This document shows positions 23,159 through 36,288 of a stretch of 64,000 bases of DNA, one piece after another. Origin of the DNA: Carpediemonas membranifera BICM. Lineage: Eukaryota > Protista > Fornicata. The DNA is taken from assembly GCA_019828565.1 (NCBI GenBank), contig JAHDYR010000043.1, forward strand, positions 1-64,000. The letters run 5' to 3'. Positions within the stretch are counted from its first letter, which is position 1, and each line of letters starts with the position of its first letter. The notes beneath the pieces are model-generated. The model ran no database searches. It had not been told where the DNA came from and saw nothing but the letters and a program-made list of their open reading frames with translations. A program made the position numbers and the translations under genes.

Positions 23159-26100
23159 GTTTAATAGGTCGAAAACCTCCTTTCACGCTGCGTCCAGAGA
23201 CGTTCGCGCCTGTATTCCCGCGCCTGTGTCGACTTAGATGTGTCACCTGTGGGCATCCCTTGTTCGGCTCCTCCGGCTGCTCCCGCAGCCTCGTCGCCGG
23301 CCCCCTCGGCCTCTCCACACGCGAGATGAGATTCCAGCACAAATTATTCCCGCAGCCAGTCCTGCGCTGTGGCCCGCTCGAACTGCGTGACGTAATCCGA
23401 GTAGATCTGGACGTTGCCGTTCCAGATGCAGCGCATCACTTCCTGCTCCAGGAAGCGGCCGGCCCCCACACTCAGGCCGACCATCTTACACAATCTCACA
23501 CACCAGGACTCGCCCTGGTCATCACTGCACGCTTCGCCAGTGATCTCGCAGGCGGCCGTCAGTAGCTCGGCTGACCAGTTGTGGTACTGCGCGGACTTGT
23601 CTGACTCGGCGTTGGCCTGATCCTTCGAGATCACCACGTCGATGATGATGGGCTCGTTGGCGACCCTGCCCGTGGGAGAGCGACGCAGCGGGACATAGAC
23701 GTCGGCGCGAGCGTTACTCTGGTAGGCTGGGTCGGCCGAGTAGCCGCGGGTGCGACTGTTCAAGGCGAACTCCTTGCGGGCAAGCACGTCGTTACTCCAC
23801 AGGAAGGAGCGCACGCAGTCACGAACTAGGTCATGACGCATGGTCCTGGCACCCTCCAGGAGCTTAGGACAGGACAACGTGTGCTGCCACGACACATTCG
23901 AGTTACCGCAGAGCGGGCAGCGGACGGTTGAGTCCGTCTCGAACGGTGGTGCGCCGAGGTGTGACCTCACCATGGTGGTGAAAAGGTCGCCACGGATCGG
24001 CGTCGCATAGGAGAGGGGGACAGGGCGGCTTCGGCCGCGAGAATCGGGGTCACCGGGGTCGACTCCACGATCGGGGCGACGGCTGCTGCATGGGCGCGAG
24101 AGATTTTTGTTAGGGTGCGCTGAAGGCCAGTCACGGGCTTGCCGTAGAGCTGGTCCATCCCACGAGGCCAGTCGATGGAGGTGTCGTTGGCGGCGAAGGT
24201 TGATTCGTCGGGGTTCTGTCCCAGCCCACATCGTGCAGTTGGGCGGTTGCGGCTAGGTAAGCTGCGTCCCAGGTCATGCTCGGGGTGGGCAGGCGGAGGC
24301 CGTTATCGGAGAAATCGAGGCCGAGCCGGAGTGAGTTGTACTTCTCAGGGTCTAGGAGAAGAATTCTCGCAATCGCCGGCGTCAGGACGTTGGACTCGAA
24401 GTTTCGTATGGTCTCACGGTGTTGGGCTGGATCGACAGATCTCATCAAAAATGAAAGCTTCGGCAGAATACACGAACGGATAAGATTCAGAGCAACGGAC
24501 GTCCCATCCGTTCCAATGTCTTCAACCATCGACACCACACTAAGCAACATCTGTTTCTGCTCGTCTAGCTTCGTCATGAGCTGCATCCGTTCCGCTTCGA
24601 TGCCGCCAATGGGAATTCCCACGATTACTCCAGTTGGCGAGCACGTAACGCGAACAGTACGTGCATTCTGCGGCGCGGATGCACAAATCCACTGGCATTT
24701 AGCCGGTTTCATTGTTACGCCAATTTGTCGGAAAGCTTCACAAGCTCCATCGAAAAAGCCCTGGATGGCGCCGCTAGTCGTCCCCGGGGGGGCAATCCAT
24801 GTGACGTCGTCCTGGTAGGCAACCCACTCGCCGCCCCATTTCGTCTTCAGCGTGTCGATGATTGGCCGCATGGCCAGCGTGAACAGAATGGGGGACAGTG
24901 GGTCTCCTTGAGCGATGCCCTCTAGGGACTCGACGACGCGGCCGGACGGCAGAACCAGCCTTCCATTGCCATATACGGCGTCAAAGTACGGGATCGCAAC
25001 AGGGCAGGCCGCGGCGGCTGTGGACCTCAACAATTTGCGGGGCATGGTGCCGTACGCATTGCTGAGATCAACGGCGCAGATGCTTTGGCCACGGGAATAC
25101 GCTTCTTGCAGGCGCAGACCCATAACTTCTGTGCCGCACGACTCACCCCGCCCGTACTGGTCATCGAGGAGAGGGTCATCCGCGAGGGACGCGGTAACCG
25201 CCTTGGCTAGTAGCTTGGCTGCTACTCGACGAAGGGCCTCTCCCATGGCGATGGGCCGGACCTCGTCGGGTTTGCCAGGCTTGGGCAGTGGGACGAGGCG
25301 GGAGTGGGCCAGAACGTTTGTGTACGGGACGCCTTCGGCCACATCGACAAGTAGTGGCTTCAGGGCAAGGGCGAAGGCTTCTGGCTTGTGTCTAGCGGCG
25401 AGCTTCAAGTGGAGGAAGCTCATGCCCGACGGACCGGGAGCCGAGTCGGCCGGAAGACTGCTCAGGACATCGATGATGTCCCGAGTTTCGAACTCTACCG
25501 AGGTGAGCGGGGCGAGGGGATGGCGGATTGGGAGGTCATCAAGACTGCCTTGGAAGGGGTCAGCTTGCATCCGAACCATCTTCTCCTCTGCTTCGGCTGG
25601 GGTCATCTGCAGTTCTTCCGAGACCAGGGCACTCATGGACTTGCTGTAGTACCCTCGTCTGGCGTGCTGGTAGGCGAGTCGGCTTCTCGACGTGCTTCCC
25701 ACCTGATTATGGCGGGTCCTCCGGGGGCGAAGTGCTGTTTGTGGGTGCAGCATCACGTCGATGAGACGATCGCGCTTGTCCTCATCTCTGGCTGCCGCGC
25801 AGGCGGTGACCTTTCCGATGAGGGCACGGACATAACCCTTGGTTCCCCTCCGCGTCGGTCGGCTGCGGCCGATGCGAGCCACGTCGGCGGGGTCTGGAAG
25901 GAACCCAAGAGGTCTTGTAGGCGCTCGGGTCTGCCTATTGTTGGTGGCCTGTGTTGCAGGGTGCGCCAATATAGCAGGGAGCGGCAGCCCCAGAGCGATG
26001 TGCGCTGCGGCCGCGACACGGCGTGAGCCATGTTTGGCCACAATACCGTTCGACGGGAACCGGCGCGAGAAGTGGGGGGCAGGGTTAGGCCGCCTGCGGC

Positions 26101-27133
26101 ACGCAGGAGACACGTCTCAATCTCGATGGCTTGCGCCTTCGTGAGGTGCCTCCTGCGCTCCGTCCCCATGGCTCGCTCGAGCGCGGGGGGCGAGAGAAGC
26201 GTCTGGCGGACTGTGTCGGCATCACGCCAGAGCTCTTCCCGCAGGTCCGGGTGGATGGCGTCCCGTAGGTCACGAGCGAAGGCTGCGATTGCCTGGTTCA
26301 CTCGGACCGTTGGTACGTCCATCCCCCGGTGGTTGGTGTCAGCCACGCTTTGGCCGCCAGGCATGGGAGCGGGTGCTCCGTTATGTCTAGGCTGGACATT
26401 CGTGGGCCGACTGGTCTCCTCGCTGTCGGTAGGTCTAGGCACGATGCCTGTCTCCTGTGACTGGGCGGGGGTGGGTGGTCCTGAGCCGAGAGGTGGACTT
26501 ATCGGGGGTATAAGCTCCGCGATCATCATCTCCTCCCTCTCGATCTGCGTTCCTGATGTTTGGTGGGCTGACGCAACGGGTCCGTTGTCAATCTCATCGA
26601 TGGTGGAGAGCCGTGGGCATCCCGCCGCCCGTAGTTGCTCTAGTAGAGCCCTGCGGCGGCCTAGGGATAGCGTATGGTCACGGCCCTCTGTGTCTATACG
26701 GATTCGCGAGTCCATTCGGTGCATCAGGAATTGGACGGGATGCGGCGGTAGGTTCCTGATCAACTGGATTGAGCTTAGTACTTGGTGTAATCTCTGCTTG
26801 AAGTCTCGGTTTGAGGGCCTCTGGATCACTGGGAAGAGCGGACTCACAGTGGCAATGAGTTCTTCGGAAACTCTCTTGGTGAAGCGCTCGGGACGTCCTC
26901 TATCTTGAATGAACAGCTTTTTCACAAGCTCTACATCGTTAAAGAGGCGGCGGACTTTCTGGTACGAGGACCAGTGTTCGGCAAAGAGAGATTTTGGTAC
27001 ATGCTTACCAAACAGAATGCGCACGGCGTCGAAGATCTGGGAAACAGGATCTTCGAGCTGGATAGTTCCTTCAGTCCCGCTCAGAAGCCGCTCCACGACT
27101 TCTTTGCTGACAAAGACTGAGACTACCATCGCC
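23159..27133 (-). mobile_element. CRE-clade element, copy 3 (full length, 3975 bp; ORF 27129-23344)
   Basis: Head-to-tail with copies 2 and 4; junction ccatcgcc|gtttaatagg. Confidence 0.95.
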
Positions 27134-28716
27134 GTTTAATAGGTCGAAAACCTCCTTTCACGCTGCGTCCAGAGACGTTCGCGCCTGTATTCCCGCGCCT
27201 GTGTCGACTTAGATGTGTCACCTGTGGGCATCCCTTGTTCGGCTCCTCCGGCTGCTCCCGCAGCCTCGTCGCCGGCCCCCTCGGCCTTTCCACACGCGAG
27301 ATGAGATTCCAGCACAAATTATTCCCGCAGCCAGTCCTGCGCTGTGGCCCGCTCGAACTGCGTGACGTAATCCGAGTAGATCTGGACGTTGCCGTTCCAG
27401 ATGCAGCGCATCACTTCCTGCTCCAGGAAGCGGCCGGCCCCCACACTCAGGCCGACCATCTTACACAATCTCACACACCAGGACTCGCCCTGGTCATCAC
27501 TGCACGCTTCGCCAGTGATCTCGCAGGCGGCCGTCAGTAGCTCGGCTGACCAGTTGTGGTACTGCGCGGACTTGTCTGACTCGGCGTTGGCCTGATCCTT
27601 CGAGATCACCACGTCGATGATGATGGGCTCGTTGGCGACCCTGCCCGTGGGAGAGCGACGCAGCGGGACATAGACGTCGGCGCGAGCGTTACTCTGGTAG
27701 GCTGGGTCGGCCGAGTAGCCGCGGGTGCGACTGTTCAAGGCGAACTCCTTGCGGGCAAGCACGTCGTTACTCCACAGGAAGGAGCGCACGCAGTCACGAA
27801 CTAGGTCATGACGCATGGTCCTGGCACCCTCCAGGAGCTTAGGACAGGACAACGTGTGCTGCCACGACACATTCGAGTTACCGCAGAGCGGGCAGCGGAC
27901 GGTTGAGTCCGTCTCGAACGGTGGTGCGCCGAGGTGTGACCTCACCATGGTGGTGAAAAGGTCGCCACGGATCGGCGTCGCATAGGAGAGGGGGGACAGG
28001 GCGGCTTCGGCCGCGAGAATCGGGGTCACCGGGGTCGACTCCACGATCGGGGCGACGGCTGCTGCATGGGCGCGAGAGATTTTTGTTAGGGTGCGCTGAA
28101 GGCCAGTCACGGGCTTGCCGTAGAGCTGGTCCATCCCACGAGGCCAGTCGATGGAGGTGTCGTTGGCGGCGAAGGTTGATTCGTCGGGGGTTCTGTCCCA
28201 GCCCACATCGTGCAGTTGGGCGGTTGCGGCTAGGTAAGCTGCGTCCCAGGTCATGCTCGGGGTGGGCAGGCGGAGGCCGTTATCGGAGAAATCGAGGCCG
28301 AGCCGGAGTGAGTTGTACTTCTCAGGGTCTAGGAGAAGAATTCTCGCAATCGCCGGCGTCAGGACGTTGGACTCGAAGTTTCGTATGGTCTCACGGTGTT
28401 GGGCTGGATCGACAGATCTCATCAAAAATGAAAGCTTCGGCAGAATACACGAACGGATAAGATTCAGAGCAACGGACGTCCCATCCGTTCCAATGTCTTC
28501 AACCATCGACACCACACTAAGCAACATCTGTTTCTGCTCGTCTAGCTTCGTCATGAGCTGCATCCGTTTCGCTTCGATGCCGCCAATGGGAATTCCCACG
28601 ATTACTCCAGTTGGCGAGCACGTAACGCGAACAATACGTGCATTCTGCGGTGCGGATGCACAAATCCACTGGCATTTAGCCGGTTTCATTGTTACGCCAA
28701 TTTGTCGGAAAGCTTC
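27134..28716 (-). mobile_element. CRE-clade element, copy 4 (5'-truncated)
   Basis: Intact C-terminal CCHC and RLE frame (ORF 27319-28758), ending at a LINE fragment. Confidence 0.92.
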
Positions 28717-28717
28717 G

Positions 28718-28784
28718 AAGACAACGGGAAACAAGCTCAGTCCGGGGTCAGAATCCAAGCACCATAAATTTCTTTCTTTCTTTC
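28718..28784 (+). mobile_element. 67-bp 3' end of the APE LINE with (CTTT)n tail
   Basis: Identical to the LINE terminus at about 44412-44478. Confidence 0.9.
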
Positions 28785-28813
28785 AAGTACTACCTCGATC
28801 TCGCCCCGCGAAG

Positions 28814-29127
28814 CTGGCGCTACATCGTCAGTAAGGTTACCTCGGGTAACGGGCCCGGAGCGGAGGGCGATGTGATAGCCTCACTCCGGGCAAAAGGTGT
28901 TTCGCCGGTCAGGCGAGTCACGCAGTTTATGCGGACAGAATGGCGCAAAGTTCGGATCCGCCGGATCCGACGGCACGGTACCAGTTACGACTGGTATACT
29001 CCCTCTCCCTCGGTAAGCGGAGAGGACTTCGCGTTTAACTTACACTAGCTTCCTCGTTAACATTGTGTAAATTAAGCGCCCCCCCGTTGGTTAATGAAAA
29101 GAATGTCATGAGGCTAGGATAGCTAGC
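28814..29127 (+). mobile_element. Solo A-spacer-B remnant of the YR element 5 family
   Basis: 28814-28975 matches the 5' end of element 5 (51032-51193). It is followed by a hairpin-rich spacer and a CCCCGTTGG...gctaggatagctagc B-type repeat. Confidence 0.75.
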
Positions 29128-29129
29128 CT

Positions 29130-32100
29130 CTGGCGTTACATCGCGCTGACAGGTTACCTCGGGTAACGGGCCGTGAGCGGAGGGCAATGAGATCGCCTCG
29201 CTCCGGCATGGTGATGCGCCGACCAGGCGAGCCGCGCAGTTTATGCGGGCAGAATGGTAGAAAATTCGGAACATCCAGATCCGACGGCAACGAGGCTCAA
29301 TAACCTAGAAGCCTCAATCGCTACCATCTCGCAACAGCTTGCAAAGCTTAATCCGCCTCCTCCGCCGCCCGAGACCGAGCCGCCGAAGGAATCCCAAATT
29401 GATTTCTTCCCTGAACAAGATGAAGCGGATATTGACCAAACACTGGCAGAGATGGATGCATACGGCGAGCTTCCGACAAAGAGACCACTTAAGGCGGAAG
29501 CAAAGTGGCTTCGCCGCGTGATGGTGATCGTCAACGCCCTCGACGACGAGCCGCTCAAAGCAAGACTCCTGGTGGAACTCCAAGCACGCCGTATCCTTCT
29601 GGACCTCAAGGACGACAACTGGTCGGACGCAACCTGCGAACTGTTTCTCAGTTCAACACGTCCCAGACCAAAACCCCCCGTGCCATCTCCTACTGCGCAG
29701 CCAAAGCCAGAGCCAAGGGTAAGAGAAAGGACCAGCCCCAGAACAACGGGGGGTTTCACAAGAAGCACAAGAAGTAGCCCTTGCCACAGATGTTCAGTTC
29801 CCGTCAATGAACAAAAAGTGGCCGGTGTGGGCAAGACTCGGTGCCTCCCCCGAGGTAGTAAGCTGGCTGCGGGATGGCGTCCCTATCCACCTCACCTCTG
29901 CGCCCCCTCCACCAGAACCGCAAAGGCGAGTGGACCCCCGCATACTCCCGAAGATCGAAGAGCTAGTCGCCAAGGGCGTCCTCTCCCCGTGCCCGATAGA
30001 CGAACTGCGTCACAGCGCACCCCTGTTCGCGGTGTCGAAGGGCAAAGACGATGTCCGCCCCGTGCACGACCTCCGAGCCCTGAACGAGTTGACAGCAGAG
30101 CTGAGGGTGTTTCGTCTGTTCGGCATCAGACGGGCGGTCCGCAATCTGCACAAGAACGACTACATGATCAAGATAGACCTAGCATCGGGATACCACCAAC
30201 TTGGCGTCGCCTCGCGAGACTCCCCCTCCTAGGCGTGGTCCTACCGGACGGCCGCGCAATCAGGTACAACACACTCGGCTTCGGATGGACAGCGGCGCCG
30301 TACGTGTTCCAGAGCACGACCACACAGCTTGCAAAGATCATCGCACACAGGTTCGGGGTGACCATCGCGGTCTATCTCGACGACTTCTTAGTGTCCCATG
30401 CCTCCCCATCGTACCTAGCTTCGGTCACCCCGCAGATCATCGACCTCATGCTATCGCTGGGGGCGATACCGGGCCTCAACAAGTGCGTCCTCACGCCGAC
30501 CTAGCAGGTAGACTACCTAGGTGTCCACATAGACACCGCAAGCGAGTCCCTAAGAATCTCAAAAGACAAGGCCGAGACCTACACGGCCACGATCGATAGC
30601 CAAGGCCCTCCGGGTCGGGTCCATCACAGCTTCAGACTGGCAGAAGCTCCTAGGCCGTCTGTCATTCTTCGCAGGGACCACACAGTTCGCCCGCCTCGCA
30701 CTCAGACCACTCCAGGCCACCCCTACAACGGAGACCGTCCACCTCTCCAGCCAAATCCGCAGGCAGCTGGCGGCGTGGCAAGTCCTCCTCCGCGATCGCC
30801 CACCCAAGAGGTTCGCCGAAACAAGAGCGGACTGGGAAATACGCGATACGCTCCAGATTTCTGTCACCTCAGACGCATCAACGTCCGGCTGGGGAGCATG
30901 CCTGTTCAATGGGGAGAAGGGAGCGGCATCACAGGGTGCCTTCCCCCCTCATCTCAAGGGGGAACACATTGGCGTCAAGGAGCTCTTCGCGATCGCTCAG
31001 GCGATCAATCTCGTGCCCCAGCAGGAGTCACGCTCCTCTCTCACAGTCTTTGCCGACAACTCAGCTGCCATCAACTGGGTAAACAGACGGGGATCGCCGA
31101 ACCTCCCCCAGCCGCACACCAGATCCTACAGGACATCTACAACACGGCAGAAACCAAGCGCCTCGACGTCCACTGCTTCCATATTGCCGGACACCTGAAC
31201 GTCCAGGCGGACAGGCTCTCCAGGTTCGCCAAGCTCGACTGGTCGTCACCCCGAGAAGTCTTGGAAACCATCATGCGCAAGTGGGGGCCGGTCGAGATCG
31301 ACGTCACAGCACGCCCCGACAAGGTTCTGGCCTTACCAGGCTTTGCAGAAATAGCCTGGTCAATCCACGACAACGGCTTCCAGATGGACTGGAGGGGAGT
31401 CAGGATTTATATAGCTCCTCCTATAGCCCTTCTTGGAGTGACGTGTCGTCGCCTCCAGACAATACGCGCCTCGACCCAGACTGGGAACCCTCGACACTGG
31501 AGATCAGCGGCGATAGTCCTGTGCCCGGACCTCAACTCGCCCGAGGTCCGAGCCATCAAACGTTTGACACCCCTCAAGTTGTACCTCAGATTCCAGGCGA
31601 AACACCTCCTGCAGTCCGAGCTAGCCTGGACAGCGACAGACAAGGGCAAGATCCGCTTCGTGGCGCTTATCCTGAGGACCCGTTCCAAGCCCTCCTCGCT
31701 GACGACCGACTATCACATTTCAGAAACGAATCGTCGCGCCGCACAGCAGCGGGCTGGGTCGCCAAATTCCTCCAATCCCGCAACGCGAGCCACTCACACG
31801 CGCAACAGCTCAAAGAGTTCCTTCTGACCGAGGGTACCACGTCGGGCCCACAGTCGATACACAGGAAAGGCTACTGGATTTGCGAGGCCGCCCCACTCGT
31901 GTCTGACTGGCGCCCCCCGACCGCTGCCAAGCAGATAATCGCCGCCGCCCGGAACGTCGCCTCTGTAGAAGGCCTGACCGGGGGTGCGAAGCCTGTCACG
32001 TCCGCGAGAGTCCGCAAGGTCATAGACAGACATCGGAAGTCACCCCAAGCCTTCCAGGCCGCCCTCTTTTCTGCTCTCTGCTTTATCACCGTGAGTAGAG

Positions 32101-32807
32101 GCGCAGAGATCTTTGGGCTCAGACGAAGAGACGTCGAGTTCGACGCTGATGGCAATGCCCTCCTTCTGTTCGCGAGAACTAAGACTGCCACAGGCGTCCG
32201 CAAGCTGGTACCAAACCAATCGTGGGCCCGCTTTAACCCAGCAAGGGCCCTGAAGGCATGGGTCCCCACGGCAACGCGCCGCGACGACGACCTCATCTGG
32301 CGGGCGATCACCTCAACCGGTGGTATTTCACTATCGAAGCCGCTACCGGCGTCAACCCTTCGCCACTGGATCCACCAGGCGTACGGCACCGACATTTCGT
32401 GGCACTCATTCCGCAAGGGCGCCACCACGGAGTTGGCGGTAGCCCACACGAGTACCGAAGTCCTCCTGTCCATGGGGACGTGGGCCTCCACGAAAAGCAT
32501 GCTGAGATATATGGGCAACGGGGTCCGCACACACCCGGGGGTCCAGGGACACCTGGCCTCCATCCTTCTCCAACCACCACTTTAAATCTCTGACGGGAGC
32601 TATTGGCTGGGAGAGCTAGGTAGGGTGGGGCTGACACGCGTTACAACGGCAGATGTAAGCCACAACAGACATTCTTTGACGCGGTCTCTCGAGGAGACGG
32701 TCGGTTTGGGCTCGCAAGCGTGCCTGCAAGCCATTCCACTATGCTCGTTGCCGGTGGGATATCCCCGTTGGGTAGAGCAAGTATGTCTAGAGGCTAGGAC
32801 AGCTAGC
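29130..32807 (+). mobile_element. YR retrotransposon 2 (gag ~29254-29777, pol 29807-31827 with frameshifts and a stop, YR to 32585); ends at B1
   Basis: AVYLDD, RNase H, MT-like WGPVEIDVTA..DW..YIAPP, YR SRGAE / HSFRKG / GTW / RY; B1 at 32763-32807. Confidence 0.9.
31281..32585 (+). CDS. Tyrosine recombinase of YR element 2
   Basis: R-K-HxxR-W-Y motifs present. Confidence 0.88.
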   Translation: MGAGRDRRHSTPRQGSGLTRLCRNSLVNPRQRLPDGLEGSQDLYSSSYSPSWSDVSSPPDNTRLDPDWEPSTLEISGDSPVPGPQLARGPSHQTFDTPQVVPQIPGETPPAVRASLDSDRQGQDPLRGAYPEDPFQALLADDRLSHFRNESSRRTAAGWVAKFLQSRNASHSHAQQLKEFLLTEGTTSGPQSIHRKGYWICEAAPLVSDWRPPTAAKQIIAAARNVASVEGLTGGAKPVTSARVRKVIDRHRKSPQAFQAALFSALCFITVSRGAEIFGLRRRDVEFDADGNALLLFARTKTATGVRKLVPNQSWARFNPARALKAWVPTATRRDDDLIWRAITSTGGISLSKPLPASTLRHWIHQAYGTDISWHSFRKGATTELAVAHTSTEVLLSMGTWASTKSMLRYMGNGVRTHPGVQGHLASILLQPPL

Positions 32808-35800
32808 GGGGTTCTACACAGAACCGTGGGCGCCTGGGGTGTCGATGCCTCGGGCAGTTTATGTCAGTCGTGGCGCAGAAATTTGGATTTCGACACGCGA
32901 GCGCGATGTCAACGCAACCGCCTCCAGATGAGAGAATTATGTCTCTTGAGACTAGAATGGAGCAATTGAGCGAGGAAAACAAGGAAACTAACAACCTGTT
33001 ACGACTAGCACTCCAGCGAATGGAAGATTCGGACAAGGCTCAGAAGAAGCATCCTGTTTCCATCAGAACTAGGAACCTACCTTCCAGATTCGGCCTCAGA
33101 GATGAGGCGGAGTTCTTATACGACACTTTGGAGGATATCCAAGAAGGCCGCATCTTGCGGACATGGATCAACTGCAACTCTCGCTAGCGGCGCGCATCAG
33201 ATACCTCCGTCTCAAGGATGACAACTGGGACGAAGGCACTCCAACGAGGTTCCAGTCAAAGATCCGCACCCTCATCACCTCGGAGTCGGGCATCATCTCG
33301 CAGAATGCCATCGAAGAGGCGGCAGCCGCCGCCATGGCAAAGGGTAGACGCCGTTCTTTTCGTCCAGCCGACAAGGACAAGCGGGCGCGAGCCCATTAAC
33401 AATATCAACTACCAAGACTGTACATACTATACATACCATGAACGCGAGATGGAACACATGGCGCCGCTTCGGCGCAGCAGAGAGAGTAGTCACCTGGCTG
33501 AGGGAGGGAGTCCCCATAGAGCTCACAGCGCGGCCGCCACCACCGGCCCCACAACGGCGCTTAGAGCCGCGACTCCCCGAAAATCAGACAGATGGTCCGG
33601 CAGGGCGTCATCGCTCCGACCCCCATGAGACGCCTGTCACACAGCGCAACCTTGTTCTCGGTTCCCAAGGGGGACGACATACGGCCGTGTCACGACCTGC
33701 GTCAACTCAACAGAGTAACGAGAGAGCGCCGCTCATTCCGCCTCTTCGGCTTGAAGAGAGCGATCAACATCCTCTCCAAACAGTATTGGATGGTGAGCGT
33801 GGACCTTACGGCGGGGTACAACCAGGTCGAGGTGAGAGAGGAGGACAGACGCCTGCCGGACGGGTCAGCATTCCAGTACAATCGTCTGGGGTTTGGCTGG
33901 AGAGCAGCGCCATACTTTTTTCAGGCAATAACGTCGCAGCTGGCCAAGATCGTAGCGATGAGGTTCAAGATCAAGATCCTGGTCTACCTGGACGACTTCC
34001 TACTGGCCCATCACAACAGAGACGAACTGCTCCGCATGATACCGGAGATACAGAAGGTCTTCGCTGCCCTGGGAGCAACAGTCAACGAGAGGAAGACCGA
34101 TTGGATCCCACGACAGGTTCTCACCTATCTGGGCATCACCCTCAACACCACCGCAATGACTGTGAGACTCCCAAAGGACAAGGCCCAGAAATACGCAGCC
34201 TTCTTGAGCGATGCGACGCGCTCCTCCTCCAAGCCCAACGACGAGGAGACGTGGGCCAAGGTGCTCGGGCAACTCTCCTTCTTCGCGGCGACCGCTCATG
34301 GCTGGAGTCTCAAGCTACGCTACCTACAACAGGGGAGCCTGGACCAGCTCCGGCAGAACAACAGCCTAATCAAAGAGTGGCTGGAGGTCCTCCGAACCAG
34401 GCCCCGCAGATCGTTCGCGGAGATGCGGGCCCTCTGGGGAGCTTCACCCAGTATAGACCTGGCAATCGCGACAGACGCCTCGCAACGAGGGTGGGGAGCG
34501 GTGTGGTTCCAGGACGAGGAAGGCCACACGCGCGACAAGGGAACCTTCCCGGATCACCTTCAAGAGCTCACATCAACGTCAAGGAGCTTTACGCGGTGGT
34601 GGAGGGTGTTCGCCTTATCAACTCCTCCTCCAAGCAGCGAGAATTAAGGGTATACACCGACAACACGGCAACGCGGGCGTGGGTGAACAAGGCTGGCTCC
34701 ACGCGGGCACCCCGTCAGGCACTCGCCCTCCTCAACGAGCTGCAGGTGCTGGCAGACCACAAGAACCTAGTGGTCCACGCAGTCCATACCCCGGGCAAGG
34801 CCAACGTGATAGCAGACAGCCTATCGAGGCAGGAGATTCAGCCGGACGTAGCCTTCACTCCCCCGCACATCATAGAGCAGATCACCCTTTCATGGGGCCC
34901 TGTACAACACCTCTGGGAGGCCTCCGACATGGAACACCAGTGGGTCGGCCGGGTCCTTTTGGTCCCGACTACGTCTATACTTGGTCTCCTAACGCGCAAG
35001 CTGAATGCGACTCAGACAGCGACTCGGACTTCATCCCATCCGAGGGCGATGACTTCAGCGATATTCCTCCTCATACCGAACCTGCAGTCCCCGGAAGTAC
35101 GAGTGCTCCGGTCCTGGGCGAGCCACACACTCCCGTTCTCAGTGCCACTGAACCAGCTAGAACCAAGGAGGGAGGAGCTCTCCTGGATGGCACGACAGGA
35201 CACTGTCAGACTGCTGGCCCTCTGTCTCCCGACGACGCTCACGCATACCTCCTAGCCTCCAACCGCCTGGCCCACTTGCAACCATCAGGGGCCGCTACGG
35301 CAGCGGGGTGGGTAGCAAGGTTCCTTAGGGAGCGGGATGAGTCACAATCGCCAGCCTCCCAGTTACGTTCCTTCCTCCAGTCGGAGGCAGAACACTGTGG
35401 CCCAGAGAACGTCTCGAGAAAGGGGTTCTACATAGCGGAGCTCGCTCCGATGGTCTCTACGTGGGTACGCCCGGCAGAAATCATGCGAGTGGTCCGTGGA
35501 GTGGCCAAGACGGCCTCCACGGCGGGTCTGACCGGTGGCTCAAGGGCAATCTCCAAGCCAGAGATGCGCTACCTCATCAGTATCCGGCTCAGAGACGCCG
35601 CGTCGTTCCAGCTAGCACTGTTCGGCACACTGGCCTACCTCACAGTCTCTCGAGGCAGAGAGATCTTCGACCTAAGAGTCAAGGATGTCACCTTTCAGCC
35701 AGACAAGTCGGTCTTGCTGTTCTTCGCACACACAAAGACTGATAGGGCCGTTCGGAAAGCCGTAGCTTACGTAACCATCGATGGATTTAACCCGGCGCGG

Positions 35801-36288
35801 GCCTTGCATTCCTGGCAGTCCACCAATGATTTCAGCAAAGTGGAAACACTTCGATCATGGATGGACAAGGACCAACAGGCCTGGCCTATATGGATAGGGC
35901 AGTGCCCCATGGAGCTCAGAAGGAGCGGCCTTGGCCTCCTGTCTGGACATTCAAGGGTTGCCATCAGGGCATACCGCTGGGCGCGAGTGGGAGCTCCACG
36001 CCCATACCAAGGAATCAAAGTGTCTTCATGGAACGTATGTTTACAAGGAAAAGGAAAACAACCGTCGAGGGCCGGTGCTAGCACCGGCGGCTACATGGTT
36101 TTGTCAAGACCACAAGGAAGGAAGGGCAGCACAAAAGGGAAACAGGGGCCGTCGATAGAGGCTAAAAGGAGACTACGAACAAAGCAACAACCACTACACA
36201 GAAAGGCCCGGCTACTCAGAAAAGGGCGACGCATTTTTAGGACCGCGCCTTTTTGAAAGAATGGCCTATATAGTACGGAGCATGGACA

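Noticed and set aside
34679-36256. Apparent fusion ORFs across insertion junctions (also 27319-28758, 46910-48292, 56328-58004)
   Set aside because: Chance in-frame joins at element boundaries.
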